Positions 20,500-30,116 of a stretch of 57,512 nucleotides of DNA are shown piece by piece. Numbering within the stretch: position 1 is the stretch's first letter; every line of letters starts with the position of its first letter. The notes under the pieces are model-generated. The model did no database searches. It was not told where the DNA came from and was given only the letters and a program-made list of their open reading frames with translations. Source of the DNA: Fidelibacterota bacterium (GTDB taxonomy: Bacteria > Fidelibacterota > Fidelibacteria > Fidelibacterales > DSDE01); the NCBI GenBank assembly GCA_046735395.1, contig JBJKQR010000042.1, positions 1 through 57,512 of the forward strand, in the 5' to 3' direction. The translations under genes were made by a program, and so were the position numbers.

Positions 20500-21353
20500 A
20501 ATTCCTTTCGCCGGCTGAGATTGTGGGATGAGGATTTGTAATTTTTCAGGCTGTAGCGGGAAAAGAAGGCGCGGCGTGCCCGCATATCCTTGAAAATGAC
20601 ATTAATATGTTTTTTCCATCGGCCGGAACAGCTGTCAAAACTGCGGACGGCTTCGGTAAACACAGCCCGGTACGGGACCATGGCGTGCAGCTGAAAGAGT
20701 TTCCACCAGAGGTCCGAATCAATAGCGCAGCCGATGTCCTCGGTCCATTCACCGAATATACCCGCTTTCATCATGAGTTCTCTGCGGATACCCAGCGTCG
20801 TTCCCTGCACACGGTGAGAATCATAGCTTCTCAGGCGTCCGTTCCGGTCCCGAATCTGGCCGATGACCAGATCATAGCCCTTTTGAAACAGGTTCATCAA
20901 TGAACTCAATGCGGTCACATCCGTCAGAATATTATCGTCGTCCAGAAAGAACAGGTACGAGCCGCGGCTTTTCTGAATACAGAGATTCATGACGGCGGCC
21001 TTACCGAGAAAAGGATCCGATTTCTGGTAATAGGCCCAGCCATCCGGTATGAGTTCCTCCAGACCGTAGCGATCCGTAAGCTCGCCCGGAGGCGCCGATA
21101 CAAACTTCAGAATTCCCCGTTCCGTTTCCCGTTCCGGCGATTTGTCAATAAAGAAACTGCGGTTTTCCGGGCTGCCGTCATCGGCAATCAGGATTTCATA
21201 CTGAATATCCGAGGTCTGCGCGCTGATACTTTTTAATAATTTCGTCAGAACATTATGACAATGTCCTTCATTGTTGTAATGGGCGATGATAATACTGAGA
21301 TCCGGATTCGCTGTTCCTGTCATACTCTCGTTTTTTCCCGTTTTATTACTCAT
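20481..21353 (-). CDS. Glycosyltransferase family 2
   Basis: LSIIIAHYN, EILIADDGS, FLDDD. Confidence 0.8.
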   Translation of the reverse strand: MSNKTGKNESMTGTANPDLSIIIAHYNNEGHCHNVLTKLLKSISAQTSDIQYEILIADDGSPENRSFFIDKSPERETERGILKFVSAPPGELTDRYGLEELIPDGWAYYQKSDPFLGKAAVMNLCIQKSRGSYLFFLDDDNILTDVTALSSLMNLFQKGYDLVIGQIRDRNGRLRSYDSHRVQGTTLGIRRELMMKAGIFGEWTEDIGCAIDSDLWWKLFQLHAMVPYRAVFTEAVRSFDSCSGRWKKHINVIFKDMRARRAFFSRYSLKNYKSSSHNLSRRKELWIEKG

Positions 21354-21392
21354 TCAGATCCTCGGTCAGAATCAAATATTTCGATGTGTCGG

Positions 21393-23534
21393 TCAGTCGA
21401 TCAGGCTCAGGCTGATGCGCTGCTTCTCAATATCGACGGACAGAACGGTCGCTTCGTACACTTCACCGATTTTCACCACGTCGTGCGGATTTTTCACAAA
21501 GCGTTTCGCCAGCTTGCTCACATGAATGAGGCCGGCATGCTTCAGGCCGATATCCATGAATGCGCCGAAATCGGTTACATTCTGAATGCTTCCCTTTACC
21601 TTCGTTCCGGCCTGCAGATCCTCGATTTTCAGTACTCCCTGTTTAAACAGCACCGGAGGCATATCTTCACGGGGATCCCGGTCGGGCCGAATGAAGGCCT
21701 GAATGATATCGTTAAGCGTCTCATGCCCCGCCCCCATTTCCTCGGCCAGAGCCGGAATATTCACAGCTGCCGAATCCACCATGAATTTCAGGTCGGAGCG
21801 GCTGTCCGGATTCATGGGAATATCCAGTTTCCGGAAGAGATCCCGGGTAATCCCGTAACTTTCGGGATGGATGGTGGTCGTATCCAGAATGTTTTTGCTG
21901 CCGTAAACCTTTAAAAATCCTGCAGCCTGCTCAAAGGTTCTGTCGCCGATGCCGGCAACCTTTTTCAGGTCTTCTCTGCTGCTGAGCGCACCGCTGCTTT
22001 CAATATGATTTTTCAGGGACTTGGCCAGTTTTTTATTCAGTCCGGCAACCCGTCGCAGCAAAGCCTCCGAGGCGGTATTCACATCCACGCCCACCTGGTT
22101 CACAGCCATTTCTACCGTATGATCCAGGGTTTCAGCCAGCTCTTTCTGGTTGACATCATGCTGATATTGGCCCACACCGATGGATTTCGGTTCAATTTTC
22201 ACAAGTTCGGCCAGCGGATCCTGAAGCCGTCGGGCGATGGAAATATTGCCGCGCATGGAGACATCCAGTTCGGGAAATTCCTCTTTTGCCAGCGGCGATG
22301 CCGAATACACCGAAGCGCCCGCTTCACTGACAACGGTGAACTGAACGCCCAGATTGTTGTCCTCGATCAGATCCGCGATAAATTCCGTCGTTTCACGGCT
22401 GGCCGTACCGTTCCCGATGGCGATCACATCCACATTATGCCGCGAGATCATGGCCAGGATCGTTTTCCCGGCTCCTTCGATATCGAGCCTGGGCGCTGTG
22501 GGATAGATGGTGCTGCCCTCAAGGTATTTGCCCGTCTTGTCGATGACCGCTGCCTTGCAGCCGGTACGAAATCCCGGATCGATACCCAGAATCACATGGT
22601 TGCGGACCGGCGGCTGCATGAGCAGCTGATAGAGATTTTTCGCAAAGACTTCAATGGCCTTCTGCTCTGCCCTCTCCGTGAGCCATCCGCGGATTTCCCG
22701 CTCGATGGACGGCTGAATCAGCCGCTTACTGCTGTCTTCCACAACCTTCCGAAGAAAATCTTCATGAATATGCCCTCTGCTGAACTGACGGGCGTAAATC
22801 CCCTCCTGAACCTCAGCCGTATCCATATCCACAGATACTTTCAGGATTTCTTTCGCTTCGCCCCGGTTTACGGCCAGGATTCGGTGAGAAGGAATGGTTG
22901 CTACAGATTCCGAATATTCATAATACATTTCAAAATCGCTGGCTACGGATTTATCCTTTGCCGCCGAAACGAGGAGGCCCTTCTGCTGAGTAGTCACCCG
23001 GACCCATCCCCGGACGGCGGGCAGTTCGGCCATCATTTCGGCCAGAATATCCGATGCGCCCTGCAGCGCGGCGTCCGTATCCGGAACCTCCTCATTTAGA
23101 AAGTCCGCGGCCAGCTGTTTCCGGCTGATCCGTTCCCTGCCCTCGAGAATAAGCAGAGCCAGAGGTTCCAGGCCCTTTTCGCGGGCGATGGAGGCCCGTG
23201 TCCGCCGTTTTGGTTTGTAGGGCAGATATATATCTTCCAGAACGGAGGCGTCCCAGCAGCCTTCGATCTGAGCTTTCAGCTCATCGGTCAGCTTTCCCGA
23301 TTCCTCAATTGTTTTCAGAATGGTTGACTTCCGATCTTCCAGTTTCTCATAAATCTGAAGATGCTTTTCGATGAGGCGCAGCTGATCTTCATCCAGATTG
23401 CCGGTCTTTTCCTTGCGGTAGCGTGCAATAAAGGGAATGGTATTTTCGTCGCCCAACAGCGCCAGCGTATTCTCAATCTGCCAGGCCTGAACTTTCAGTT
23501 CATCATTGATGAGTGTCAGATAATCATGATGCAT
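21393..23534 (-). CDS. tex: Tex RNA-binding transcription accessory protein
   Basis: TIPFIARYRKE, GIDPGFRTGCK, IGNGTASRE, IGVGQYQHD, C-terminal S1 domain. Confidence 0.95.
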   Translation of the reverse strand: MHHDYLTLINDELKVQAWQIENTLALLGDENTIPFIARYRKEKTGNLDEDQLRLIEKHLQIYEKLEDRKSTILKTIEESGKLTDELKAQIEGCWDASVLEDIYLPYKPKRRTRASIAREKGLEPLALLILEGRERISRKQLAADFLNEEVPDTDAALQGASDILAEMMAELPAVRGWVRVTTQQKGLLVSAAKDKSVASDFEMYYEYSESVATIPSHRILAVNRGEAKEILKVSVDMDTAEVQEGIYARQFSRGHIHEDFLRKVVEDSSKRLIQPSIEREIRGWLTERAEQKAIEVFAKNLYQLLMQPPVRNHVILGIDPGFRTGCKAAVIDKTGKYLEGSTIYPTAPRLDIEGAGKTILAMISRHNVDVIAIGNGTASRETTEFIADLIEDNNLGVQFTVVSEAGASVYSASPLAKEEFPELDVSMRGNISIARRLQDPLAELVKIEPKSIGVGQYQHDVNQKELAETLDHTVEMAVNQVGVDVNTASEALLRRVAGLNKKLAKSLKNHIESSGALSSREDLKKVAGIGDRTFEQAAGFLKVYGSKNILDTTTIHPESYGITRDLFRKLDIPMNPDSRSDLKFMVDSAAVNIPALAEEMGAGHETLNDIIQAFIRPDRDPREDMPPVLFKQGVLKIEDLQAGTKVKGSIQNVTDFGAFMDIGLKHAGLIHVSKLAKRFVKNPHDVVKIGEVYEATVLSVDIEKQRISLSLID

Positions 23535-23570
23535 AAGGATCTCTTAATGATTTGGGATGGAGCCGAAGCC

Positions 23571-25127
23571 TTACTCCCATTCGATGGTGGCCGGAGGTTT
23601 GGAGCTGACGTCATAGACAACGCGTCCGATATCCGGAATACTATTCGTGATTCGGGAGGATATGTCCAGCAGATCCTTCATGGGAAAATTGAAGACATCT
23701 GCGGTCATGGCATCTTCGGACACGGCAGCCCGCAGCGCCAGTACATAGCCGTAGTTTCGGTCATCGCCGGTCACGCCCACGGAGCGTACCGGCAGCAGCA
23801 CTGAAAAAGCCTGCCAGATCTGATCATAGAGCCCGCGCTTTTTCAATTCCTGCATGTATATTGCATCCGCGTCCTGCAGAATACGGATTTTTTCCTCTGT
23901 AATATCCCCGATGATCCGGATACCCAGGCCGGGCCCGGGAAAGGGATGGCGGGTAATGATTTCTTCCGGGACATTCAAGCTCCTGCCCAGCGCCCGCACC
24001 TCATCCTTATAGAGCACGGAAAGCGGTTCGACAAGTTTGCCGGCTTCCCTTTTTTCACGGACTAATGGCGTTCCCACATTATGATGAGATTTGATTACTT
24101 TTGCCTTTTTCCCCACACCGGCGCCGCTTTCGATCAGGTCCGGATACAGCGTACCCTGCGCAAGATAGGCCGAATCGATATTCAGCCGGGCCACTTCCCG
24201 TTCCTGAATCGTCATGAACAGATCGCCGATAATCCGGCGTTTTTCCTCAGGATCGGAAACACCGGCCAATGCCTGATAATACTCAGATTCGGCATGAATA
24301 ATATGCAGATGGGTTGCGCCCAGTTTTTCAAGATTCCGGCTGATTTCCTCTGTCTCGTTTTTCCGCATCAGCCCGGTATCCACGTACATCAGATGAACCT
24401 GTTCATGGTCCAGGGCCTGCAGCAGCAAAGCGGCTACAACCGTTGAATCCACGCCGCCGCTGATGAGAAGCAGCACCTTTTCAGTTCCCACTTTTTCCCG
24501 GATCTGCGTTTTTTCATCCTCAAGAAAAGCGGCCATATTCCAGTCCCGTGACGCGCCGCAGATACCGATCACAAAATTCTCAAGAAATTCCGATCCGTAG
24601 TCGCAATGGGATACTTCCGGATGAAACTGAGTTCCGAAAATCGGCTTATCACGATGGCCGATCACGGCCGGGAGATTGTTTTCCGAGACGGCCAGAAGCC
24701 GAAATCCGTCACCCAGATTTTCAATGGCGTCACCATGACTCATCCAGGACGAAAATCCTTCGGGAATATTCCGGAAGAGCGGGCTGTCTTCCCTGAAGAG
24801 TACACCCGAGCGTCCGAATTCGCGGGTGCTGCTCCGGTGCACTTTGCCACTGTTGTCCTGCGTCATGCGCTGCAGGCCGTAACAGATACCCAGAATCGGA
24901 ATGCCCAGCTCATAAATCGCCGCATCGGGAACCGGCGCATCCTGGTCGTAAACACTGTAGGGCGACCCGGACAGGATAAATCCCCGGGTGCTGCTCAGAT
25001 CCATCTCAGGCAGAGCCGTATCGCCGGGAATAATTTCCGAATAGACGCCCAGATCACGAACCCGGCGGGAGATCAGCTGGGTTGTCTGGCCGCCGAAATC
25101 AAATACGATGATTTTATCCATATTCAA
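23571..25127 (-). CDS. guaA: GMP synthase (glutamine-hydrolysing)
   Basis: GICYG, QFHPE, SGGVDS, IKSHHNVG, HPFPGPGL, KPPATIEWE. Confidence 0.98.
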   Translation of the reverse strand: MNMDKIIVFDFGGQTTQLISRRVRDLGVYSEIIPGDTALPEMDLSSTRGFILSGSPYSVYDQDAPVPDAAIYELGIPILGICYGLQRMTQDNSGKVHRSSTREFGRSGVLFREDSPLFRNIPEGFSSWMSHGDAIENLGDGFRLLAVSENNLPAVIGHRDKPIFGTQFHPEVSHCDYGSEFLENFVIGICGASRDWNMAAFLEDEKTQIREKVGTEKVLLLISGGVDSTVVAALLLQALDHEQVHLMYVDTGLMRKNETEEISRNLEKLGATHLHIIHAESEYYQALAGVSDPEEKRRIIGDLFMTIQEREVARLNIDSAYLAQGTLYPDLIESGAGVGKKAKVIKSHHNVGTPLVREKREAGKLVEPLSVLYKDEVRALGRSLNVPEEIITRHPFPGPGLGIRIIGDITEEKIRILQDADAIYMQELKKRGLYDQIWQAFSVLLPVRSVGVTGDDRNYGYVLALRAAVSEDAMTADVFNFPMKDLLDISSRITNSIPDIGRVVYDVSSKPPATIEWE

Positions 25128-25133
25128 CCGATC

Positions 25134-26573
25134 TCAGTGTTTGGAATAATTTGGCGGTTCCTGGGACATGATGATATCATGAGGATGGCTTTCCTTGAGC
25201 CCGGCAGAGCTGATTTTCACAAAATCATCATAGGCCTGCAGTTCCGGTAAGGTCCGGCAGCCGCAGTAGCTCATTCCCTTCCTCAGGCCCATGGTAAGCT
25301 GGTGAACATAGGTTTTCAGTTCGCCTTTGTAGGGAACACGGCCTTCAATTCCTTCGGGTACGATTTCTTCATTTTCCTGCATCTGATAGCGGTCTCCGCT
25401 GCCGTCCTTGATGGCAGCCACCGATCCCATTCCGCGGTATTCCTTGAAAATCCGTCCATCGTAGAGTATTTCCTTGCCCGGTGATTCCTTCAGACCTGCC
25501 AGCGCCGAACCGAGCATGACCGTGTGCGCTCCGGCCGCGATGGCTTTCACAATATCTCCGCTGTATTTAATGCCTCCGTCTGCGATAATGGGAATATCAT
25601 GTTTCGCGGCTTCTTCCGCCGACTCCATGACGGCCGTGAACTGAGGAACACCCACGCCGGCCACCACTCTCGTAGTACAGCTGGCGCCGGGTCCGACCCC
25701 GATTTTCACGGCATCCGCACCTGCGGATATGAGGCTTGCTGTTCCGCTGCCGTCAATGACATTTCCGGAAACCAGCAGGACGTCATATTTCTTTTTAATC
25801 ATTTCCGTCGCCCGTTTCACTGAATCGGTGTTGCCGTGGGCCACGTCGATGACAACAAAATCAACTTTATTTTCGATGAGCAGCGGCAGACGCTTGTCAT
25901 AATCAAAAGCCGAAATCGCCGCGCCCACAATGAGCCGGCCTTTGGTGTCCGTGGCGGCATTGGGAAACTTTGCCTGCTTTTCCAGATCCTTCACGGTGAT
26001 CAGGCCGACTAAGTGATTTGCATCGTCCACCACCGGAAGTTTCTCGACTTTGAAGCGGTCAAATTTTTCCTTGGCGCTCTGCACACTCACGTCACGGCCT
26101 TCCGTAATCAGTTCGGTGGTCATGACTTCGGATATTTTCAGGGAGTCATCACGGCAGAAACGCAGATCACGCCGTGTTAGGATACCATTGATGATATTCT
26201 GATCGTCCACAACCAGCAATCCGGAAAAACCGTGCCGTTTCATCAGAGTCTTCGCGTCCCCGATGGAGCTCGCTGCATCAATTGTCACCGGTGAATCAAT
26301 GATCCAGTTCAGAAAACGTTTCACTTTCGCCACCTGACCGGCCTGTTCCGCCGGGCTCAGATTGCGATGAATGACGCCGGCTCCGCCTTCGAGGGCCAGA
26401 GCGATGGCCAGATCCTTTTCCGTCACCGTATCCATCGCGGCGGATACAATGGGGATTTTTAAGCGGATATCACCGGCAAGCCGGGTTCCGATATCCGTCA
26501 TATGCGGTACTACGTCCGTATAATGCGGTACGAGAAGCACATCATCGTAACTGAGAGCTTCCTTTATTCCCAT
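25134..26573 (-). CDS. guaB: IMP dehydrogenase (with CBS pair)
   Basis: [31 protein letters not shown] flap, PEGIEG; adjacent to guaA. Confidence 0.93.
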   Translation of the reverse strand: MGIKEALSYDDVLLVPHYTDVVPHMTDIGTRLAGDIRLKIPIVSAAMDTVTEKDLAIALALEGGAGVIHRNLSPAEQAGQVAKVKRFLNWIIDSPVTIDAASSIGDAKTLMKRHGFSGLLVVDDQNIINGILTRRDLRFCRDDSLKISEVMTTELITEGRDVSVQSAKEKFDRFKVEKLPVVDDANHLVGLITVKDLEKQAKFPNAATDTKGRLIVGAAISAFDYDKRLPLLIENKVDFVVIDVAHGNTDSVKRATEMIKKKYDVLLVSGNVIDGSGTASLISAGADAVKIGVGPGASCTTRVVAGVGVPQFTAVMESAEEAAKHDIPIIADGGIKYSGDIVKAIAAGAHTVMLGSALAGLKESPGKEILYDGRIFKEYRGMGSVAAIKDGSGDRYQMQENEEIVPEGIEGRVPYKGELKTYVHQLTMGLRKGMSYCGCRTLPELQAYDDFVKISSAGLKESHPHDIIMSQEPPNYSKH

Positions 26574-26617
26574 TCTGACTCCAAATTTTGTCCTGTTAGC
26601 TTTTCTGACTGTGTCTG

Positions 26618-26980
26618 TTATCTGTCGATGAGAGACGATAATTCCTCATGTATCTGTCCGCTGTCACCCAGATTGAGTTCAATGAGGTTTCTCAAATGGG
26701 TCATGGATTCCACATCCGTTTCCAGAAAGCGGAATCCGAGATGAGTCCCTTCCCGATGAACCAGTTCGCAGGAGAATTTCAGTTCAATATCAGAATCGGC
26801 AAGTTCGAGTTTCATATCGACTGTCTCTCCTGCCCGGGCACTGAACCTGTCATTTGATTCCTCGATAAGCGCTCCTTTCAGACAAATGTCCAGAAGCTTG
26901 CCGGTAACGGATTCGCCTGCCACATCAAGATAGACTTCGGATTTAAAAGGGATACGGCTGAATTTTCGCTGTTCCTTCAT
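26618..26980 (-). CDS. PilZ-domain protein
   Basis: QRKFSR (RxxxR) and DICLKGA (DxSxxG-like) motifs. Confidence 0.85.
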   Translation of the reverse strand: MKEQRKFSRIPFKSEVYLDVAGESVTGKLLDICLKGALIEESNDRFSARAGETVDMKLELADSDIELKFSCELVHREGTHLGFRFLETDVESMTHLRNLIELNLGDSGQIHEELSSLIDR

Positions 26981-27248
26981 ACACTCCCTCTCTTCTTTGA
27001 TCCTGAAATATACGGTTTTTTATGCATAGAACACAGTCGATTTCCCGAAGCAAAGCCCGAAGAAGCACTCTTTTGCTCACAGTTCTGAGGAATATCTGAT
27101 TTTATCTGTGTACTCTCATACGATACAGCTTTGACGGATCTATGAAGAGGTCCCGGGTGAAGGTTTTTTCTTTTATTAATGACCGATATAATATCGAACT
27201 AACTCAGGACTCCTTCGTGCAGGCGGGACCCGGCGCGCAAATACCGGG

Positions 27249-29855
27249 TCAGGGATGCAGCAGTTCGGAAATTTTTAATAACAGTTCCTGCTGTTCAAAG
27301 GGTTTATTAATCACCGTAACTGCAGGTTTTATCGTTTCCAGTTGTTCAGCATTTTCAAAATAACCGGTAATTAAGATGACCGGCAATTCCGGATAGTTCT
27401 CACGAAGAATCTGGAATAATTCAAAACCGCTCATTTTCGGCATGGTAATATCAGACAGCACCAGATCGAAATGTTCATCCGGATTCTCTATCACATCCAG
27501 TGCTGCCAGCCCGTTTTGCGCTTCCGCAACCGAATAGTTGCTTTCTTCAAGTATGCTTTTTATCAATTCCCGAACCGTAATTTCATCTTCCACGACCAGG
27601 ATACGTTCACCCTTTCCCATGAGATCGCTGCTGTTTTCATTCCATCCGGTATCTTCGCTTCTTCCTGAGTTTTTCAATACCGGCCAGGATATGATAAACT
27701 CAGTACCTTTGGATTCATTACTTATCAGATCAATGTAGCCATGATTTTGTTTGATAATACCATAGACGGTGGAGAGTCCGAGTCCGGTGCCGGCTCCTTT
27801 TTCCTTTGTTGTAAAAAATGGTTCATATATCTTGTCCTGTATTTCAGCCGCTATTCCTTCCCCATTGTCACGAACAGAAATCTGCGCATAATCTCCGGTG
27901 GAAATGGAGAAGAGCGGCCCCGTTTTTCGTCCATGGTAGGTCTTTTTACCTGTAGTGATGATGATCGTTTTATTCCGGTTTATATGCTCTGATTTTCTGA
28001 ATGCATCCCTCGCATTAACCACAAGATTCATGATAATCTGTTCCAATTGTCCTGGATCTGCAAACAGGTAAATCGGTTCGTTGAACATATCCAGACTCAA
28101 ATCAATATCATCCTCAACCACTCGTTTCAACATTTTACCGAAATCTTCAATAAGCGTATTCAACTCTACAGGAATGGGTTCGATTTTTTCCTTTCTCGAA
28201 AAGGTCAGAATCTGCCGAACGAGGTTTGCAGCCTTCTGATGGCCCTGACGGATCTGTTCCAGTAATCTCAGTGTGCGGTCGCCGAGGGCGGCATCTTTCA
28301 TGGCCAGTTCCGTAAAACCATACAGCGCAGTCAGAATATTATTAAAATCGTGGGCGATGCCCCCAGCCAGCTGTCCCATGCTTTCCAGCTTCTGGCTCTG
28401 CTGTAATTGATTCAGCAGATAAGTCTTTTCCTCTTCGGCATCTTTTATTTCCTGAATGTCGCGCGTAATGGAAAGGATGCAGATTTCGCCATTCAGATCA
28501 ATCATCTTGGCAGACATGAGCGCCGTGGTGACATGGCCGTCCTTACACACGAACCGGGCTTCCAGATTATTCACAAATCCGTTCTTCTGAAGTCCTTCAA
28601 CCAATCGCTGTCTGTCATTCATGTCATACCAGATATTAATATCAGCGGACGTTTTTCCCTTCACGTCTTCATTCGTATATCCGGTGAGGTGGGTAAACCC
28701 TTCATTGATTTCTATATATAATCCATCCTGCATCCGGTTGATATTTACTGCATCCGGACTGCTTTTGAAAGCAATCGTGAATCGGTCTTCCGCATTTCGT
28801 TTCTTGGTTACATCTATGTTTATACCGCGTCGCCCCAGATAATGACCCGTTTTACTGCGAATAGCACGGCAGCGATGTTCTATCCAGATCATATCTCCGT
28901 CTTTATTTTTCATTCTGTACAGCAGCGGATGACACCTGTCTGTTTCGGAAACCGAGCTGTAATGATGCATGACTGTTTCTCTGTCTTCATCTGAGACCAT
29001 GTTAAACAGAAGTGTTTTATCTGCGATAATCTCCTTTGGAGTATAGCCGGTTATCCGCTGGCAGGCGGGTGAGATATATTTGAAGGTTCCATCTGGCAAC
29101 AACCAATATTCCCAGTCATAGTTATGCTCCGCAAGAATCTCGTATTCCTCGTTCTTCTGTTCCAGATCCTTCAGATACCTTGCTTTTTCATTTTCAATAT
29201 CGCGTATCCGCCGGTAGATTATGATATAAAAGATTAGTTGAAGTACAACAAACAGAACAAGGAAGAGAGCGGAAATTCTCCGGAAGTCCAGACTGCGTTC
29301 TTCTATTCTCTCCATCGCGGCTTTCATCTGAACGTGGCTCAGATCGTGGAGATCATGAAACTGCCCCTCCAGTCCGCGTTCAATCCGATGCAGGCGCGCC
29401 ATGTGAACCCGATAAGTATCCAGAGTAAGAGCTTCATCATCTTTGATTTTTATATCTGCGGTATCCGCAAGTGTTAATAATAAGTTTTCTATCTGATCTA
29501 TTTTGGGTTCGAATATGCGCCCGTCATCAAGCATTCTGATCGTATCTAAATTCTCCGAAATCTGTTTCTCATAGTTTAGTCTCATAGAAATGAATTCCTC
29601 ATTTTCATCGGCGCTGTTATGAGGGTCTATGAGTGATTCAATTACAGATTCCAGGAAAAGATACTGTTTGTTGGCAACTTCGACATTCTTGTCAATTTCC
29701 TGTTCAATATCCTGGGTATTATTGATTTTCTCAATCAGTTCATTGGTTTCAATCCGCGTAAAATACCCAATCAGGAGATAAATGCTCAAGGTAAAAATGA
29801 GGCTTGCCGTGATCATAACCACGGTATTCTTCTGCAAGGAATTTTTAATAATCAT
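27249..29855 (-). CDS. Membrane-bound hybrid histidine kinase (2 PAS-HisKA-HATPase-REC)
   Basis: GGIAHDFNN H-box, NLVVNARDA, DNGEG, PFFTTK..GTGLGL, C-terminal receiver. Confidence 0.92.
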   Translation of the reverse strand: MIIKNSLQKNTVVMITASLIFTLSIYLLIGYFTRIETNELIEKINNTQDIEQEIDKNVEVANKQYLFLESVIESLIDPHNSADENEEFISMRLNYEKQISENLDTIRMLDDGRIFEPKIDQIENLLLTLADTADIKIKDDEALTLDTYRVHMARLHRIERGLEGQFHDLHDLSHVQMKAAMERIEERSLDFRRISALFLVLFVVLQLIFYIIIYRRIRDIENEKARYLKDLEQKNEEYEILAEHNYDWEYWLLPDGTFKYISPACQRITGYTPKEIIADKTLLFNMVSDEDRETVMHHYSSVSETDRCHPLLYRMKNKDGDMIWIEHRCRAIRSKTGHYLGRRGINIDVTKKRNAEDRFTIAFKSSPDAVNINRMQDGLYIEINEGFTHLTGYTNEDVKGKTSADINIWYDMNDRQRLVEGLQKNGFVNNLEARFVCKDGHVTTALMSAKMIDLNGEICILSITRDIQEIKDAEEEKTYLLNQLQQSQKLESMGQLAGGIAHDFNNILTALYGFTELAMKDAALGDRTLRLLEQIRQGHQKAANLVRQILTFSRKEKIEPIPVELNTLIEDFGKMLKRVVEDDIDLSLDMFNEPIYLFADPGQLEQIIMNLVVNARDAFRKSEHINRNKTIIITTGKKTYHGRKTGPLFSISTGDYAQISVRDNGEGIAAEIQDKIYEPFFTTKEKGAGTGLGLSTVYGIIKQNHGYIDLISNESKGTEFIISWPVLKNSGRSEDTGWNENSSDLMGKGERILVVEDEITVRELIKSILEESNYSVAEAQNGLAALDVIENPDEHFDLVLSDITMPKMSGFELFQILRENYPELPVILITGYFENAEQLETIKPAVTVINKPFEQQELLLKISELLHP

Positions 29856-30116
29856 GACTGGATTTAATCTCGCTGTTTCAGATTACAGCCACTCAAATGT
29901 CGGATTGAAATTAACGAGAAATACCCCTGCAATCAAAGTATTTTTAATTTCATTCTGATGCTCATTTTTCAGGCCTGTCTGCCTGAAGATGCGGTGCTGA
30001 TATGAATATGATCAGGGCTGCTACCCGAATGAATTCATTGGAAACACGATATAGACAACGCAAGGATGCTTGGAGGAAATTGTTTTCAAAAAATACGGTT
30101 CCGTCAGAAGAACAAA

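Noticed and set aside
26981..27248. c-di-GMP riboswitch upstream of the PilZ gene
   Set aside because: No class I or II consensus seen; only a GACCCGG/CCGGGTC hairpin at the end of the kinase gene
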